Origin: Neoechinorhynchus agilis
Lineage: Eukaryota > Animalia > Acanthocephala
Assembly: GCA_051530055.1 (NCBI GenBank)
Contig: CM121342.1
Span: 14,585,480 to 14,649,479 of the forward strand
Direction of reading: 5' to 3'
Length of the DNA: 64,000 bases
The notes under the pieces were generated by a model. The model was not told the DNA's origin. It made no database searches and saw only the letters and a list, made by a program, of their open reading frames with translations. This document shows, in pieces, positions 45,669-59,430 of the stretch (the stretch's first letter is position 1; each line of letters begins with the position of its first letter). The position numbers were made by a program, and so were the translations under genes.

Positions 45669-48560
45669 GACGTGCATTTTATAAAACGAAGTTAGCGAAA
45701 CCGTAACTCGCGAATTTTATATAAACAACAACCGTGCGTTGCGCCCCTCTAACAACAAAGTTAACGAGAATGTTGGTCCCGTGCGTCAGTAGAACAACTA
45801 CAACGTTTTAATCTCCTTAAAATATGCTGTGAACGAAACCGTTTGTCGCGAGCTATAGAGACAGCAACACCGTTAAGCTTTCTTTAAATAACGGAGGGGT
45901 TGAAGTCGTACGTTATGCGCATGAGAAAGACAGCAACAGCGCGACGTGCGTTTTATACAACGAAGTTAGCGAAAGCGTAGGTCGCAAATTTTATAGAAAG
46001 GACAACTGTGTGTTTCGCCCCTCTAACAACAAAGTTAACGAGAATGCTGGTCCCGTGCGTCAGTAGAAAAACTACAACGTTTCGAACTCCTTAAAATATG
46101 CTGTGAACGAAACCGTTTGTCGCGATCTTTAGAGACAATAACACCGTGAAGCTTACCCTAAATAGCGGAGGGGTTGAGGCCGTACGCTTCGCGCATGAGA
46201 AACACAACAACAGCGCGACGTGCGTTTTATACAACGAAGTTAGCGAAAGCGTAGGTCGCAAATTTTATAAAAAGGCAACTTTGTGTTGCGCCCCTCTAAC
46301 AACAAAGTTAACGAGAATGTTGGTGCCGTGCGTCAGTAGAACAACTAAAACGTTTCGAACTTTTTAAAATATGCTGTGAACGAAACCGTTTGTCGCAAGC
46401 TCTAAAGACAATAACACCGTGAAGATTACTTTAAATTGCGGATGGGTTGAGGTCGTACGCTTCGCCCATGAGAAACACAACAACAGCGCGACGTGCGTCT
46501 TATACAACGAAGTTAGCGAAAGCGTAGGTCGCAAATTTTATAGAAAAGACAACTGTGTGTTGCGCCCCTCTAACAACAAAGTTAACGAGAATGTTGGTCC
46601 CGTCCGCCCGTGGAACAACTACAATGTTCCGAACTCCTTTAAATATGCTGTGAACGAAACCGTTTGTCGCGAGCTTTAGAGACAGCAACACCGTTAAACT
46701 TACTTCAAATAACGGAATGGTTGAGGTCGTACGCTTCGCGCATGACAAATACAACAACAGCGAGACGTGCGTATTATACAACGAAGTTAGCAATAGCGTA
46801 GGTCGCAAATTTTAAAGAAAGGACAACTGTGTGTTGCGCCCCTCTAACAACAAAGTTAACGAGAATGTTGGTCCCGTGCGTCAGTAGAACAACTACAACG
46901 TTTCAATCTCCTTAAAATATGCTGTGAACGAAACCGTTTGTCGCGAGCTTTAGAGACAGCAACACCGTGAAGCTTACTTTAAATAGCGGAGGGGTTGAGG
47001 TCGTACGCTTCGCGCATGAGAAACACAACAACAGCGCGACGTGCGTTTTATACAACGAAGTTAGCGAAAGCGTAGGTCGCAAATTTTATAGAAAAGACAA
47101 CTGTGTGTTGCGCCCCTCTAACAACAAAGTTAACGAGAATGTTGGTCCCGTGCGTCAGTAGAACAACTGCAACGTTTCGAACTCCTTAAAATATGCTGTG
47201 AACGAAACCGTGTGTCGCGAGCTCCAAAGACAACAACAGCGTGAAACTTACTCTAAATTGCGGATGGGTTGAGGTCGTACGCTTCGCCCATGAGAAACAC
47301 AACAACAGCGCGACGTGCGTCTTATACAACGAAGTTATCGCAAGCGCAGGCCGCAAACTTTATGGAAAAGACCTCTGTGTGTTGCGCCCCTCCAACAACA
47401 AAGTTAACGAGAATGTTGGTCCCGTGCTTCAGTAGAACAACTATAACGTTTCGAACTCCTTAAAATAATACGTGAACCAAGCAGTTTGTCGCGAGCCTTA
47501 GAGACAGCAACACCGTGAAGCTTTATTTAAATAATGGAGGGGTTGAGGTTGTACGCTTCGCGCATGAGAAACACAACAACAGCGTGACGTGCGTTTTATA
47601 CAACGAAGTTAGCGAAAGCGTAGGTCGCAAATTTTATAGAAAAGATAACTGTGTGTTGCGCCCATCTAACAACAAACTTTACGAGAATCCTGGTCCTGTG
47701 CGTCAGTAGAACAACTACAACGTTTCGAACTCCTTAAAATATGCTGTGAACGAAACCGTTTGTCGCGAGCTTTAGAGACAGCAACACCGTTAAGCTTACT
47801 TTAAATAACAGAGGGTTTGAGGTCGTACGCTTCGCGCACGAGAAACACAACAACAGCGCGACGTGCGTTTTATACAACGAAGTTTGCGAAAGCGTAGGTC
47901 GCAAATTTTATAGAAAAGACAACTGTGTGTTGCGCCCCTCTAAAAACAAAGTTAACGAGAATAATGGTTCCGTGCGTCAGTAGTACAACTACAACGTTTC
48001 GAACTCCTTAAAATATGCTGTGAACGAAACCGTTTGTCGCGAGCTTTAGAGACAGCAACACCGTTAAGCTTACTTTAAATAACATAGGGTTTGAGGTTGT
48101 AGGCTTCGCGCATGAGAAACACAACAACAGCGTGACGTGCGTTTTATACAACAAAGTTAGCGAAAGCGTAGGTCGCAAATTTTATAGAAAAGATAACTGT
48201 GTGTTGCGCCCATCTAACAACAAACTTTACGAGAATCCTGGTCCTGTGCGTCAGTAGAACAACTACAACGTTTCGAACTCCTTAAAATATGCTGTGAACG
48301 AAACCGTGTGTCGCGAGCTCCAAAGACAACAACAGCGTGAAACTTACTCTAAATTGCGGAGAGGTTGAGGTCGTACGCTTCGCGCTTGAGAAACGCAACA
48401 ACAGCGCGACGTGCGTTTTATACCACGAAGTAAGCGAAAGCGTAAGTGGCAAATTTTATAGAAAAGACAACTTTGTGTTGCGCCTCTCGCACAACAAAGT
48501 TAACGAGAATGTTGGTCCCGTGCGTCACTAGAACAACTACAACGTTTCGAACTTTTTAAA

Positions 48561-49864
48561 ATATTCCAGATTTATTATCGAACGGAAAATGGGTGTTTTA
48601 TTTGTTTATTGCTTCAAATTTTCGACGCCTTGCGTCTTCGTCGGGAAGCTTTTCTTCGGTTGTCTTAAAAGGAATCAGAGGTGGGCAACGCTGTACTTGA
48701 ACGAATTCCGCTTGAGAAAATGCAATGGGTCCCTAGAGTTCTTCAAGCTCATCATTAGGCATTTTTCTCTATGTTTATCCAACGTAGCACGAATCGACCG
48801 CCTGTTGACCAGCTTGCCCCTCATATAGACCATTGTGTTAACGAAAGCGGGGATAACATGCCTGGAGACACATCTTCGCAGAAAAATGATCCGTTGCTCC
48901 AAAAACTTTATGCTCTCAAGCGACGCGAAAAAGTTTGCAGTGGCTCTTCATAATATTATGGAAAGCCTCTTTTCCCAACACCCTCATGTATATTCCAGAT
49001 TTATTATCGAACAGAAAATGGGTGTTTTATTTGTTAATTGCTTAAAATTTTCGACGCCTTGCGTCTTCGTCAGGAAGCTTTTTTCGGTCGTCTGAAAAAG
49101 AATCAGAGGAGGGCAACGCTGTACTTGAACAAATTCCGCTTGAGAAAATGCAATGACTCCCTAGAGTTTCTCAAGCTCATCATTAGACTTTGTTCTCTAG
49201 GTTTCTCCAACGTAGCACGAGTCGACCGCCTGTTGACCAGCTTGCCCTCATATAGACCATTCTGTTAAAGAAAGCGGGGATAACATGCTTCGAGACACAT
49301 CTTCGCAGAAAAATGATCCGTTGCTCAAAAATCTTTATCCTCTCCAGAGTCGCGAAGAAGTTTGCAGAGGCTCTTCATAATATTATGGAAAGCCTCTATT
49401 CCCAACACCCCCATGTTTATTCCAGATTTATTATCGAACGATAAATGGGTGTTTTATTTGTTTATTGCTTCAAATTTTCGACGCCTTGCGTCTTCGTCAA
49501 GAAGCTTTTCTTCGGTTGTCTGAAAAGGAATATGAGGAGGGCAACGCTGTACTTGAGCAAATTCCGCTTGAGAAAATGCAATGACACCCTAGAGTTCCTC
49601 AAGCTCATCATCAGGCATTGTTCTCTAAGTTTCTCTACCTAGATCGAATCGACCGCCTGTTGACCAGATGAGGGTGATGGGAAAAGAGGCTTTCCATAAT
49701 ATTATGAACATGCGGTTAAACAGACCGATTTTTCAAGCCTCTGCAAACTTCTTCGCGACTCTGGAGAGGATAAAGATTTTGGAGCAGCGGATCATTTTTC
49801 TGCGAAGATGTGTCTCCAGGCATGTTATCCCCCCTTTCGTTAACAGAATGGTCTATATGTGGGG
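48561..49864 (-). mobile_element. Tandem trimer of an approximately 428-bp hammerhead-containing mini-PLE, with the 5' part inverted
   Basis: Units start at 48561, 48990 and about 49418. Inverted segment at 49668-49864. The ORF remnant IIFLRRCVSRHVIPAF resembles the PLE N-terminal domain. One HHR per unit. Confidence 0.85.
48611..48649 (-). ncRNA. Minimal hammerhead, unit 1 (also 49040-49078 and 49467-49505)
   Basis: Consensus GCTTC-CTGACGA-A-GACGC aag GCGTC-GAAA-ATT-T-GAAGC. Each copy carries one different lesion (U4C; stem I mismatch; C3U). Confidence 0.8.
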
Positions 49865-52800
49865 CGAACGAAACCGTTTGTCGCGAGCTCTAAAGACCAC
49901 AACGCTGTGAAGCTTTCTTTAAATAACGTAGGGGTTGAGGTCGTACGCTTCGCGCATGAAAAACACAACAAGGGCGCGACGTTCGTTTTATACAACGAAG
50001 TCAGCGAAAGTGTAGGTTGCAAATTTCATAGAAAAGACAACTGTGTGTTGCGCTCCTCTAACAACAAAGTTAACGAGAATGTTGGTCCCGAGCGTCAGTA
50101 GAAAAACTACGACATTTCGAACTCCTTAAAATATGCTGTGAACGAAACCGTTTGTCGCGAGCTTTAGAGACAGCAACACCGTTAAGCTTTCTTTAAAAAG
50201 TGGAGGGGTTGAGGTCGCACGCTTCGCGCATGAGAAACACAACAACAGCGCGACGTGCGTTTTATACAACGAAGTTAGCGAAAGCGCAGGTCGCAAATTT
50301 TATAGAAACGACAACTGTGTGTTGCGCCCTTCTAACAACAAAGTTAACGAGAATGTTGATCCCGTGCGTCAGTAGAATAACTACAACGTTTCGAACTCCT
50401 TAAAATATGCTGTGAACGAAACCGTTTGTCGCGAGCTTTAGAGACCGAAACACCGTAAAGCTTTCTTCAAATAACGGAGGGGTTGAGGTCGTACGCTTCG
50501 CGCATGAGAAACACAACAACAGCGCGACGTGCGTTTTGTACAACGAAGTTAGCGAAAGGGTAGGTCGCAAATTTTATAGAAACGACAACTGCGTGTTGCG
50601 CACCTCTAACAACAAAGTTAACGCAAATGTTGGTCCCGTGCATTAGTAGAAAAACTACAACGTTTCGAACCCCTTAAAATATGCTGTGAACGAAACCGTT
50701 TGTCTCGAGCTTTAGAGACAGCAACACCATTAAGCTTACTTTAAATAACGGAGGGTTTGAGGTAGTACGCTTCGCGCACGAGAAACACAACAACAGCGCG
50801 ATGTGCGTTTTATAAAACGAAGTTAGCGAAAGCGTTGGTCGCAAATTTTATAGAAAAGACAACTGTGTGTTGCGCCCCTCTAACAACAAAGTTAACGAGA
50901 ATGTTGGTCCCGTGCGTCAGTAGAACAACTACAACGTTTCGAACTCCTTAAAATATGCTGTGAACGAAACCGTTTGTCGCGAGCTTTAGAGACAGCAACA
51001 CCGTTAAGCTTACTTTAAATAACGGAGGGGTTGAGGTCGTACGCTTCGCGCACGAGAAACACAACAACAGCGCGACGTGCGTTTTATACAACGAAGTTAG
51101 CGAAAGCGTAGGTCGCAAATTTTATAGAAAAGACAACTGTGTGTTGCGCAGCTCTAACAACAAAGTTAACGAGAATGTTGGTCCCGTGCGTCAGTAGAAC
51201 AACTACAACGTTTCGAACTCCTTAAAATATGCCGTGAACGAAACCGTTTGTCGCGAGCTTTAGAGACAGCAACACCGTTAAGCTTACTTTAAATAACGGA
51301 GGGGTTGAGGTCGTACGCTTCGCGCATGAGAAACACAACAACAGCGCGACGTGCGTTTTATACAACGAAGTTAGCGAAAGCGTAGGTCGCAAATTTTATA
51401 GAAAAGACAACTGTGTGTTGCGCCCCTCTAACAACAAAGTTAACGAGAATGTTGGTTCCGTGCGTCAGTAGAACAACTACAACGTTTCGAACTCCTTAAA
51501 ATATGACGTGAACGAAACCGTTTGTCGCGAGCTTTAGAGACAGCAACACCGTTAAGCTTACTTTAAATAACGGAGGGGTTGAGGTCGTACGCTTCGCGCA
51601 TGAGAAACACAACAACAGCGCGACGTGCGTTTTATACAACGAAGTTAGCGAAAGCGTAGGTCGCAAATTTTATAGAAAAGACAACTGTGTGTTGCGCCCC
51701 TCTAACAACAAAGTTAACGAGAATGTTGGTCCCGTGCTTCAGTAGAACAACTACAACGTTTCGAACTCCTTAAAATATGCTGTGAACGAAACCGTTTGTC
51801 GCGAGCTTTAGAGACAGCAACACCGTTAAGCTTACTTTAAATAACGGAGGGTTTGAGGTCGTACGCTTCGCGCATGAGAAACACAACAACAGCGCGACGT
51901 GCGTTTTATACAACGAAGTTAGCGAAAGCGTAGGTCGCAAATTTTATAGAAAAGACAACTGTGTGTTGCGCAGCTCTAACAACAAAGTTAACGAGAATGT
52001 TGGTCCCGTGCGTCAGTAGAACAACTACAACGTTTCGAACTCCTTAAAATATGCCGTGAACGAAACCGTTTGTCGCGGGCTTTAGAGACAGCAACACCGT
52101 TAAGCTTACTTTAAATAACGGAGGGGTTGAGGTCGTACGCTTCGCGCATGAGAAACACAACAACAGCGCGACGTGCGTTTTATACAACGAAGTTAGCGAA
52201 AGCGTAGGTCGCAAATTTTATAGAAAAGACAACTGTGTGTTGCGCCCCTCTAACAACAAAGTTAACGAGAATGTTGGTCCCGTGCGTCAGTAGAACAACT
52301 ACAACGTTTCGAACTCCTTAAAATATGACGGTAACGAAACCGTTTGTCGCGAGCTTTAGAGACAGCAACACCGTTAAGCTTACTTTAAATAACGGAGGGT
52401 TTGAGGTCGTACGCTTCGCGCATGAGAAACACAACAACAGCGCGACGTGCGTTTTATACAACGAAGTTAGCGAAAGCGTAGGTCGCAAATTTTATAGAAA
52501 AGACAACTGTGTGTTGCGCCCCTCTAACAACAAAGTTAACGAGAATGTTGGTCCCGTGCGTCAGTAGAACAACTACAACGTTTCGAACTCCTTAAAATAT
52601 GCTGTGAACGAAACCGTTTGTCGCGAGCTTTAGAGACAGCAACACCGTTTAGCTTACTTTAAATAACGGAGGGTTTGAGGTCGTACGGTTCGCGCATGAG
52701 AAACACAACAACAGCGCGACGTGCGTTTTATACAACGAAGTTAGCGAAAGCGTAGGTCGCAAATTTTATAGAAAAGACAACTGTGTGTTGCGCCCCTCTA

Positions 52801-55800
52801 ACAACAAAGTTAACGAGAATGTTGGTCCCGTGCGTCAGTAGAACAACTACAACGTTTCGAACTCCTTAAAATATGCTGTGAACGAAACCGTTTGTCGCGA
52901 GCTTTAGAGACAGCAACACCGTTAAGCTTACTTTAAATAACGGAGGGTTTGAGGTCGTACGGTTCGCGCATGAGAAACACAACAAAAGCGCGACGTGCGT
53001 TTTATACAACGAAGTTAGCGAAAGCGTAGCTCGCAAGTTTTATAGAAAAGACAACTGTGTGTTGCGCCCCTCTAACAACAAAGTTAACGAGAATGTTGGT
53101 CCCGTGCGTCAGTAGAACAACTACAACGTTTCGAACTCCTTAAAATATGCTGTGAACGAAACCGTTTGTCGCGAGCTTTAGAGACAGCAACACCGTTAAG
53201 CTTACTTTAAATAACGGAGGGTTTGAGGTCGTACGCTTCGCGCATGAGAAACAACAACAGCGCGACGTGCATTTTATACAACGAAGTTAGCGAAAGCGTA
53301 GGTCGACAATTTTATAGAAGAGACAACTGTGTGTTGCGCCCCACTAACAACAAAGTTAACGAGAATGTTTGTTCCGTGCGTCAGTAGAACAACTACAACG
53401 TTTCGAACTCCTTAAAATATGCTGGTAACGAAACCGTTTGTCGCGGGATTTAGAGACAGCAACACCGTTAAGCTTACTTTAAATAACGGAGGGTTTGGCG
53501 TCGTACGGTTCGCGCATGAGAAACACAACAAAAGCGCGACGTGCGTTTTATACAACGAAGTTAGCGAAAGCGTAGCTCGCAAGTTTTATAGAAAAGACAA
53601 CTGTGTGTTGCGCCCCTCTAACAACAAAGTTAACGAGAATGTTGGTCCCGTGCGTCAGTAGAACAACTACAACGTTTCGAACTCCTTAAAATATGCTGTG
53701 AACGAAACCGTTTGTCGCGAGCTTTAGAGACAGCAACACCGTTAAGCTTACTTTAAATAACGGAGGGTTTGAGGTCGTACGCTTCGCGCATGAGAAACAC
53801 AACAACAGCGCGACGTGCGTTTTATACAACGAAGTTAGCGAAAGCGTAGGTCGCAAATTTTATAGAAAAGACAACTGTGTGTTGCGCCCCTCTAACAACA
53901 AAGTTAACGAGAATGTTGGTCCCGTGCGTCAGTAGAACAACTGCAACGTTTCGAACTCCTTAATATATGCTGTGAACGAAACCGTTTGTCGCGTGCTTTA
54001 GAGACAGCAACACCGTTAAGCTTCGTTTAAATAACGGAGGGGTTGAAATCGTACGCTTCGCGAATGAGAAACAACAACAGCGCGACGTGCATTTTATACA
54101 GCCAAGTTAGCGAAACCGTAGGTCGCAAATTTTATAGAAAACACAACTGTGTGTTGCGCCCCTCTAACAACAAAGTTAACGAGAATGTTGGTCCCGTGCA
54201 TTGGTAGAACAGCTACAACGTTTCGAACTCCTTAAAATATGCTGTGAACGAAACCGTTTGTCGCGAGCTTTAGAGACAGCAACACCGTTAAGCTTACTTT
54301 AAATAACGGAGGGTTTGAGGTCGTACGGTTCGCGCATGAGAAATACAACAAAAGCACGACGTGCGTTTTATACAACGAAGTTAGCGAAAGCGCAGGTCGC
54401 AAATTTTGTAGAAAAGACAACTGTGTGTTGCGCCCCTCTAACAACAAAGTTAACGAGAATGTTGGTCCCGTGCATTGGTAGAACAACTACAACGTTTCGA
54501 ACTCCTTAAAATATGCTGTGAACGAAACCGTTTGTCGCGAGCTTTAGAGACAGCAACACCGTTAAGCTTACTTTAAATAAGGGAGGGGTTGAGGTCGTAC
54601 GCTTCGCGCATGAGAAACACAAACACAGCGCGACGTTCGTTTTATAAAACGAAGTTAGCGAAAGCGTAGGTCGATAATTTTTTAGAAAAGACAACTCTGT
54701 GTTGCGCCCCTCTAACAACAAAGTCAACGAGAATGTTTGTCCCGTGCGTCAGTAGAACAACTACAACGTTTCGAACTCCTTAAAATATGCTGTGAACGAA
54801 ACCGTTTGTCGCGAGCTTTAGAGACAGCAACACCGTTAAGCTTACTTTAAATAACGGAGAGGTTGAGGTCGTACGCTTCGCGCGTGAGAAACACAACAAC
54901 AGCGCGACGTGCGTTTTATACAACGAAGTTAGCGAAAGCGTAGGTCGCAAATTGAATAGAAAAGACAACTGTGTGTTGCGCCCCTCTAACAACAAAGTTA
55001 ACGAGAATGTTGGTCCCGTTCGTCAGTAGAACAACTACAACGTTTCGAACTCCTTAAAATATGACGGTAACGAAACCGTTTGTCGCGAGCTTTAGAGACA
55101 GCAACACCGTCAAGCTTACTTTAAATAACGGAGGGGTTGAGGTCGTACGCTTCGCGCATGAGAAACACAACAACAGCGCGACGTGCGTTTTATACAACGA
55201 AGTTGGCGAAAGCGTAGGTCGCAAATTTTATAGAAAAGACAACTGTGTGTTGCGCTTCTCTAACAACAAAGTTTACGAGAATGTTGGTTCCGTGCGTCAG
55301 TAGAACAACTACAAAGTTTCGAACTCCATAAGATATGACGTGAGCGAAACCGTTTGTCGCGAGCTTTAGAGACAGCAACACCGTTCAGCTTACTTTAAAT
55401 AACGGAGGGTTTGAGGTCGTACGGTTCGCGCATGAGAAACACAACAAAAGCGCGACGTGCGTTTTATACAACGAAGTTAGCGAAAGCGTAGGTCGCAAAT
55501 TTTATAGAAAAGACAACTGTGTGTTGCGCCCCTCTAACAACAAAGTTAACGAGAATGTTGGTCCCGTGCGTCAGTAGAACAACTACAACGTTTCGAACTC
55601 CTTAAAATATGCTGTGAACGAAACCGTTTGTCGCGAGCTTTAGAGACAGCAACACCGTTAAGCTTACTTTAAATAACGGAGGGTTTGAGGTCGTACGGTT
55701 CGCGCATGAGAAACACAACAACAGCGCGACGTGCGTTTTATACAACGAAGTTAGCGAAAGCGTAGGTCGCAAATTTTATAGAAAAGACAACTGTGTGTTG

Positions 55801-58800
55801 CGCCCCTCTAACAACAAAGTTAACGAGAATGTTGGTCCCGTGCGTCAGTAGAACAACTACAACGTTTCGAACTCCTTAAAATATGCTGTGAACGAAACCG
55901 TTTGTCGCGGGCTTTAGAGACAGCAACACCGTTAAGCTTACTTTAAATAACGGAGGGGTTGAGGTCGTACGCTTCGCGCATGAGAAACACAACAACAGCG
56001 CGACGTGCGTTTTATACAACGAAGTTAGCGAAAGCGTAGGTCGCAAATTTTATAGAAAAGACAACTGTGTGTTGCGCCCCTCTAACAACAAAGTTAACGA
56101 GAATGTTGGTCCCGTTCGTCAGTAGAACAACTACAACGTTTCGAACTCCTTAAAATATGACGGTAACGAAACCGTTTGTCGCGAGCTTTAGAGACAGCAA
56201 CACCGTCAAGCTTACTTTAAATAACGGAGGGGTTGAGGTCGTACGCTTCGCGCATGAGAAACACAACAACAGCGCGACGTGCGTTTTATACAACGAAGTT
56301 AGCGAAAGCGTAGGTGCAAATTTTATAGAAAAGACAACTGTGTGTTGCGCCCCTCTAACAACAAAGTTAACGAGAATGTTGGTCCCGTGCGTCAGTAGAA
56401 CAACTACAACGTTTCGAACTCCTTAAAATATGCTGTGAACGAAACCGTTTGTCGCGAGCTTTAGAGACAGCAACACCGTTAAGCTTACTTTAAATAACGG
56501 AGGGGTTGAGGTCGTACGGTTCGCGCATGAGAAACACAACCACAGCGCGACGTGCGTTTTATACAACGAAGTTAGCGAAAGCGTAGGTCGCAAATTTTAT
56601 AGAAAAGACAACTGTGTGTTGCGCAGCTCTAACAACAAAGTTTACGAGAATGTTGGTCCCGTGCTTCAGTAGAACAACTACAACGTTTCGAACTCCTTAA
56701 AATATGACGTGAACGAAACCGTTTGTCGCGAGCTTTAGAGACAGCAACACCGTTCAGCTTACTTTAAATAACGGAGGGGTTGAGGTCGTACGGTTCGCGC
56801 ATGAGAAACACAACCACAGCGCGACGTGCGTTTTATACAACGAAGTTAGCGAAAGCGTAGGTCGCAAATTTTATAGAAAAGACAACTGTGTGTTGCGCCC
56901 CTCTAACAACAAAGTTAACGAGAATGTTGGTCCCGTGCGTCAGTAGAACAACTACAACGTTCGAACTCCTTAAAATATGCCGTGAACGAAACCGTTTGTC
57001 GCGAGCTTTAGAGACAGCAACAACGTTAAGCTTACTTTAAATAACGGAGGGGTTGAGGTCGTACGGTTCGCGCATGAGAAACACAACAACAGCGCGACGT
57101 GCGTTTTATACAACGAAGTTAGCGAAAGCGTAGGTCGCAAATTTTATAGAAAAGACAACTGTGTGTTGCGCCCCTCTAACAACAAAGTTAACGAGAATGT
57201 TGGTCCCGTGCTTCAGTAGAACAACTACAACGTTTCGAACTCCTTAAAATATGACGGTAACGAAACCGTTTGTCGCGAGCTTTAGAGACAGCAACACCGT
57301 TAAGCTTACTTTAAATAACGGAGGGGTTGAGGTCGTACGGTTCGCGCATGAGAAACACAACAACAGCGCGACGTGCGTTTTATACAACGAAGTTAGCGAA
57401 AGCGTAGGTCGCAAATTTTATAGAAAAGACAACTGTGTGTTGCGCCCCTCTAACAACAAAGTTAACGAGAATGTTGGTCCCGTGCGTCAGTAGAACAACT
57501 ACAACGTTTCGAACTCCTTAAAATATGCTGTGAACGAAACCGTTTGTCGCGAGCTTTAGAGACAGCAACACCGTTAAGCTTACTTTAAATAACGGAGGGG
57601 TTGAGGTCGTACGGTTCGCGCATGAGAAACACAACCACAGCGCGACGTGCGTTTTATACAACGAAGTTAGCGAAAGCGTAGGTCGCAAATTTTATAGAAA
57701 AGACAACTGTGTGTTGCGCCCCTCTAACAACAAAGTTAACGAGAATGTTGGTCCCGTGCGTCAGTAGAACAACTACAACGTTTCGAACTCCTTAAAATAT
57801 GCTGTGAACGAAACCGTTTGTCGCGAGCTTTAGAGACAGCAACACCGTTAAGCTTACTTTAAATAACGGAGGGTTTGAGGTCGTACGGTTCGCGCATGAG
57901 AAACACAACAAAAGCGCGACGTGCGTTTTATACAACGAAGTTAGCGAAAGCGTAGGTCGCAAATTTTATAGAAAAGACAACTGTGTGTTGCGCCCCTCTA
58001 ACAACAAAGTTAACGAGAATGTTGGTCCCGTGCTTCAGTAGAACAACTACAACGTTTCGAAGCCCTTAAAATATGCTGTGAACGAAACCGTTTGTCGCGA
58101 GCTGTAGCGACAGACACACCGTTAAGCTTACTTTAAATAACGGAGGGTTTGAGGTCGTACGGTTCGCGCATGAGAAACACAACAAAAGCGCGACTTGCGT
58201 TTTACACAACGAAGTTTACCAAACGGTCACTCGCGAATTTTGTATAAACAACAACGTTCCGTGCGTCAGTAAAACAACAACAACGTTTCTAACTCCTTAA
58301 AATATGCTTGAACGAAACCGTTTGTCGCGAGCTTTAGAGTCAGCAACACCGTTAAACTTACTTTAAATAACGGAGGGGCTAAGGTCGTATGCTTCGCGCA
58401 TGAGAAACACAACAACAGCGTGACGTGCGTTTTAGACAGGCTCTTCATTCGAAAAATGAACGAGAGTGCAGTGAAATCGATGAAAGGATAGCCTTCAATA
58501 GAAAAGATCGAAGCATGTTTTTAAATGGAAAAGATGAATATCGAACGCCATAAAAAATACATTGTAAACGAATACAAAACTTGCTTAGAGCTTTGCGAGG
58601 TTTTTATCTTGACTTCGGACGAGCATCAACAATACAGCCTGAGGCTAATCTACGGAGGAGATTGGTAATAGCGGCAATATACATCACAGGGAATGTTACC
58701 ATGGAGGGTAAAAAAGCGAATCATACGCTAGTACTTGCAAAAATTCATGACAAACAAAACCAAAACGTTAGGTCACCGCAGATGGTACGGCGCTTGGCTA

Positions 58801-59259
58801 ACCCGCCGTTCCACGCCTATAGTCCAATTTTGACTTTTAGCTTAACTTGTACATATAAATGAAGAAGTAAGCAAAAAGCTTACGAAATATTTTAAAATAA
58901 ATTATCAACACCAACAACAATCCGGGGGAAAAACATCGCTTAACTCGAATCAAATTCACCCAGACGACAATTCTCTATGACAAAACTTGGTATTTCAGTA
59001 TTGGTGAAGATTTTATAAATGTGAATCCTTAGGAAGAAAACGATGGAAAAATTCAATACCTGCAAAGAATCGTAGTCTGGCACAAATATTTATCATCGTA
59101 TTCCTTAAGCAAATCATAATGTCGACATTATTTCGGGTTTTAGAGATCAGTATTTTCTACACCGCGCTTCATAATGTACAACTTATTAATTTTTTTAATT
59201 CTTAAATGTTACTGGCAAGCCAGATCTATTTTTATTCAGGTTATTGTATTCCCTCCTCG

Positions 59260-59430
59260 GCTTTTTGGCATAAGGCCCCGGCATAAAGCCACACCGATCT
59301 CTTACATCAGAGAAGTGATTGTATCACTTAGACTCTGATGCATACGGTATACGAGTTTGTACATCCCCCCATATTCTCAGATACCTCCAGGATGCGGGAT
59401 TCATCCGTGAGTTCCATCTCTTCAGCAATC
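59260..59430 (-). mobile_element. SINE-A copy D, 5'-truncated, variant 3' hairpin
   Basis: Minus strand CTCA-CGGATGA-ATCCC...GAGGTATC-TGAG, followed by the CATCAGAG/CTCTGATG hairpin. Confidence 0.75.

Larger units (their letters stand above)
45090..58432. repeat. Large tandem satellite, about 274-bp unit, about 43 monomers, interrupted by SINE-B and a mini-PLE trimer
   Basis: Equivalent positions are spaced 273-274 bp (46967, 47241, 47515) or multiples (1094-1096). The centre is highly homogeneous and the edges are diverged. Confidence 0.97.

Noticed and set aside
52280-52325. Hammerhead-like CGAAACGTT...CTGACGC on the minus strand of the 274-bp unit
   Set aside because: A9 is C in most copies, stem I is out of register by one base and no stem II can form.
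45090-58432. CRISPR array or protein-coding repeat suggested by the many 60-90-aa ORFs
   Set aside because: There are no unique spacers. The 274-bp unit is not a multiple of 3 and every monomer has stops, so the ORFs are by-products of the repeat.
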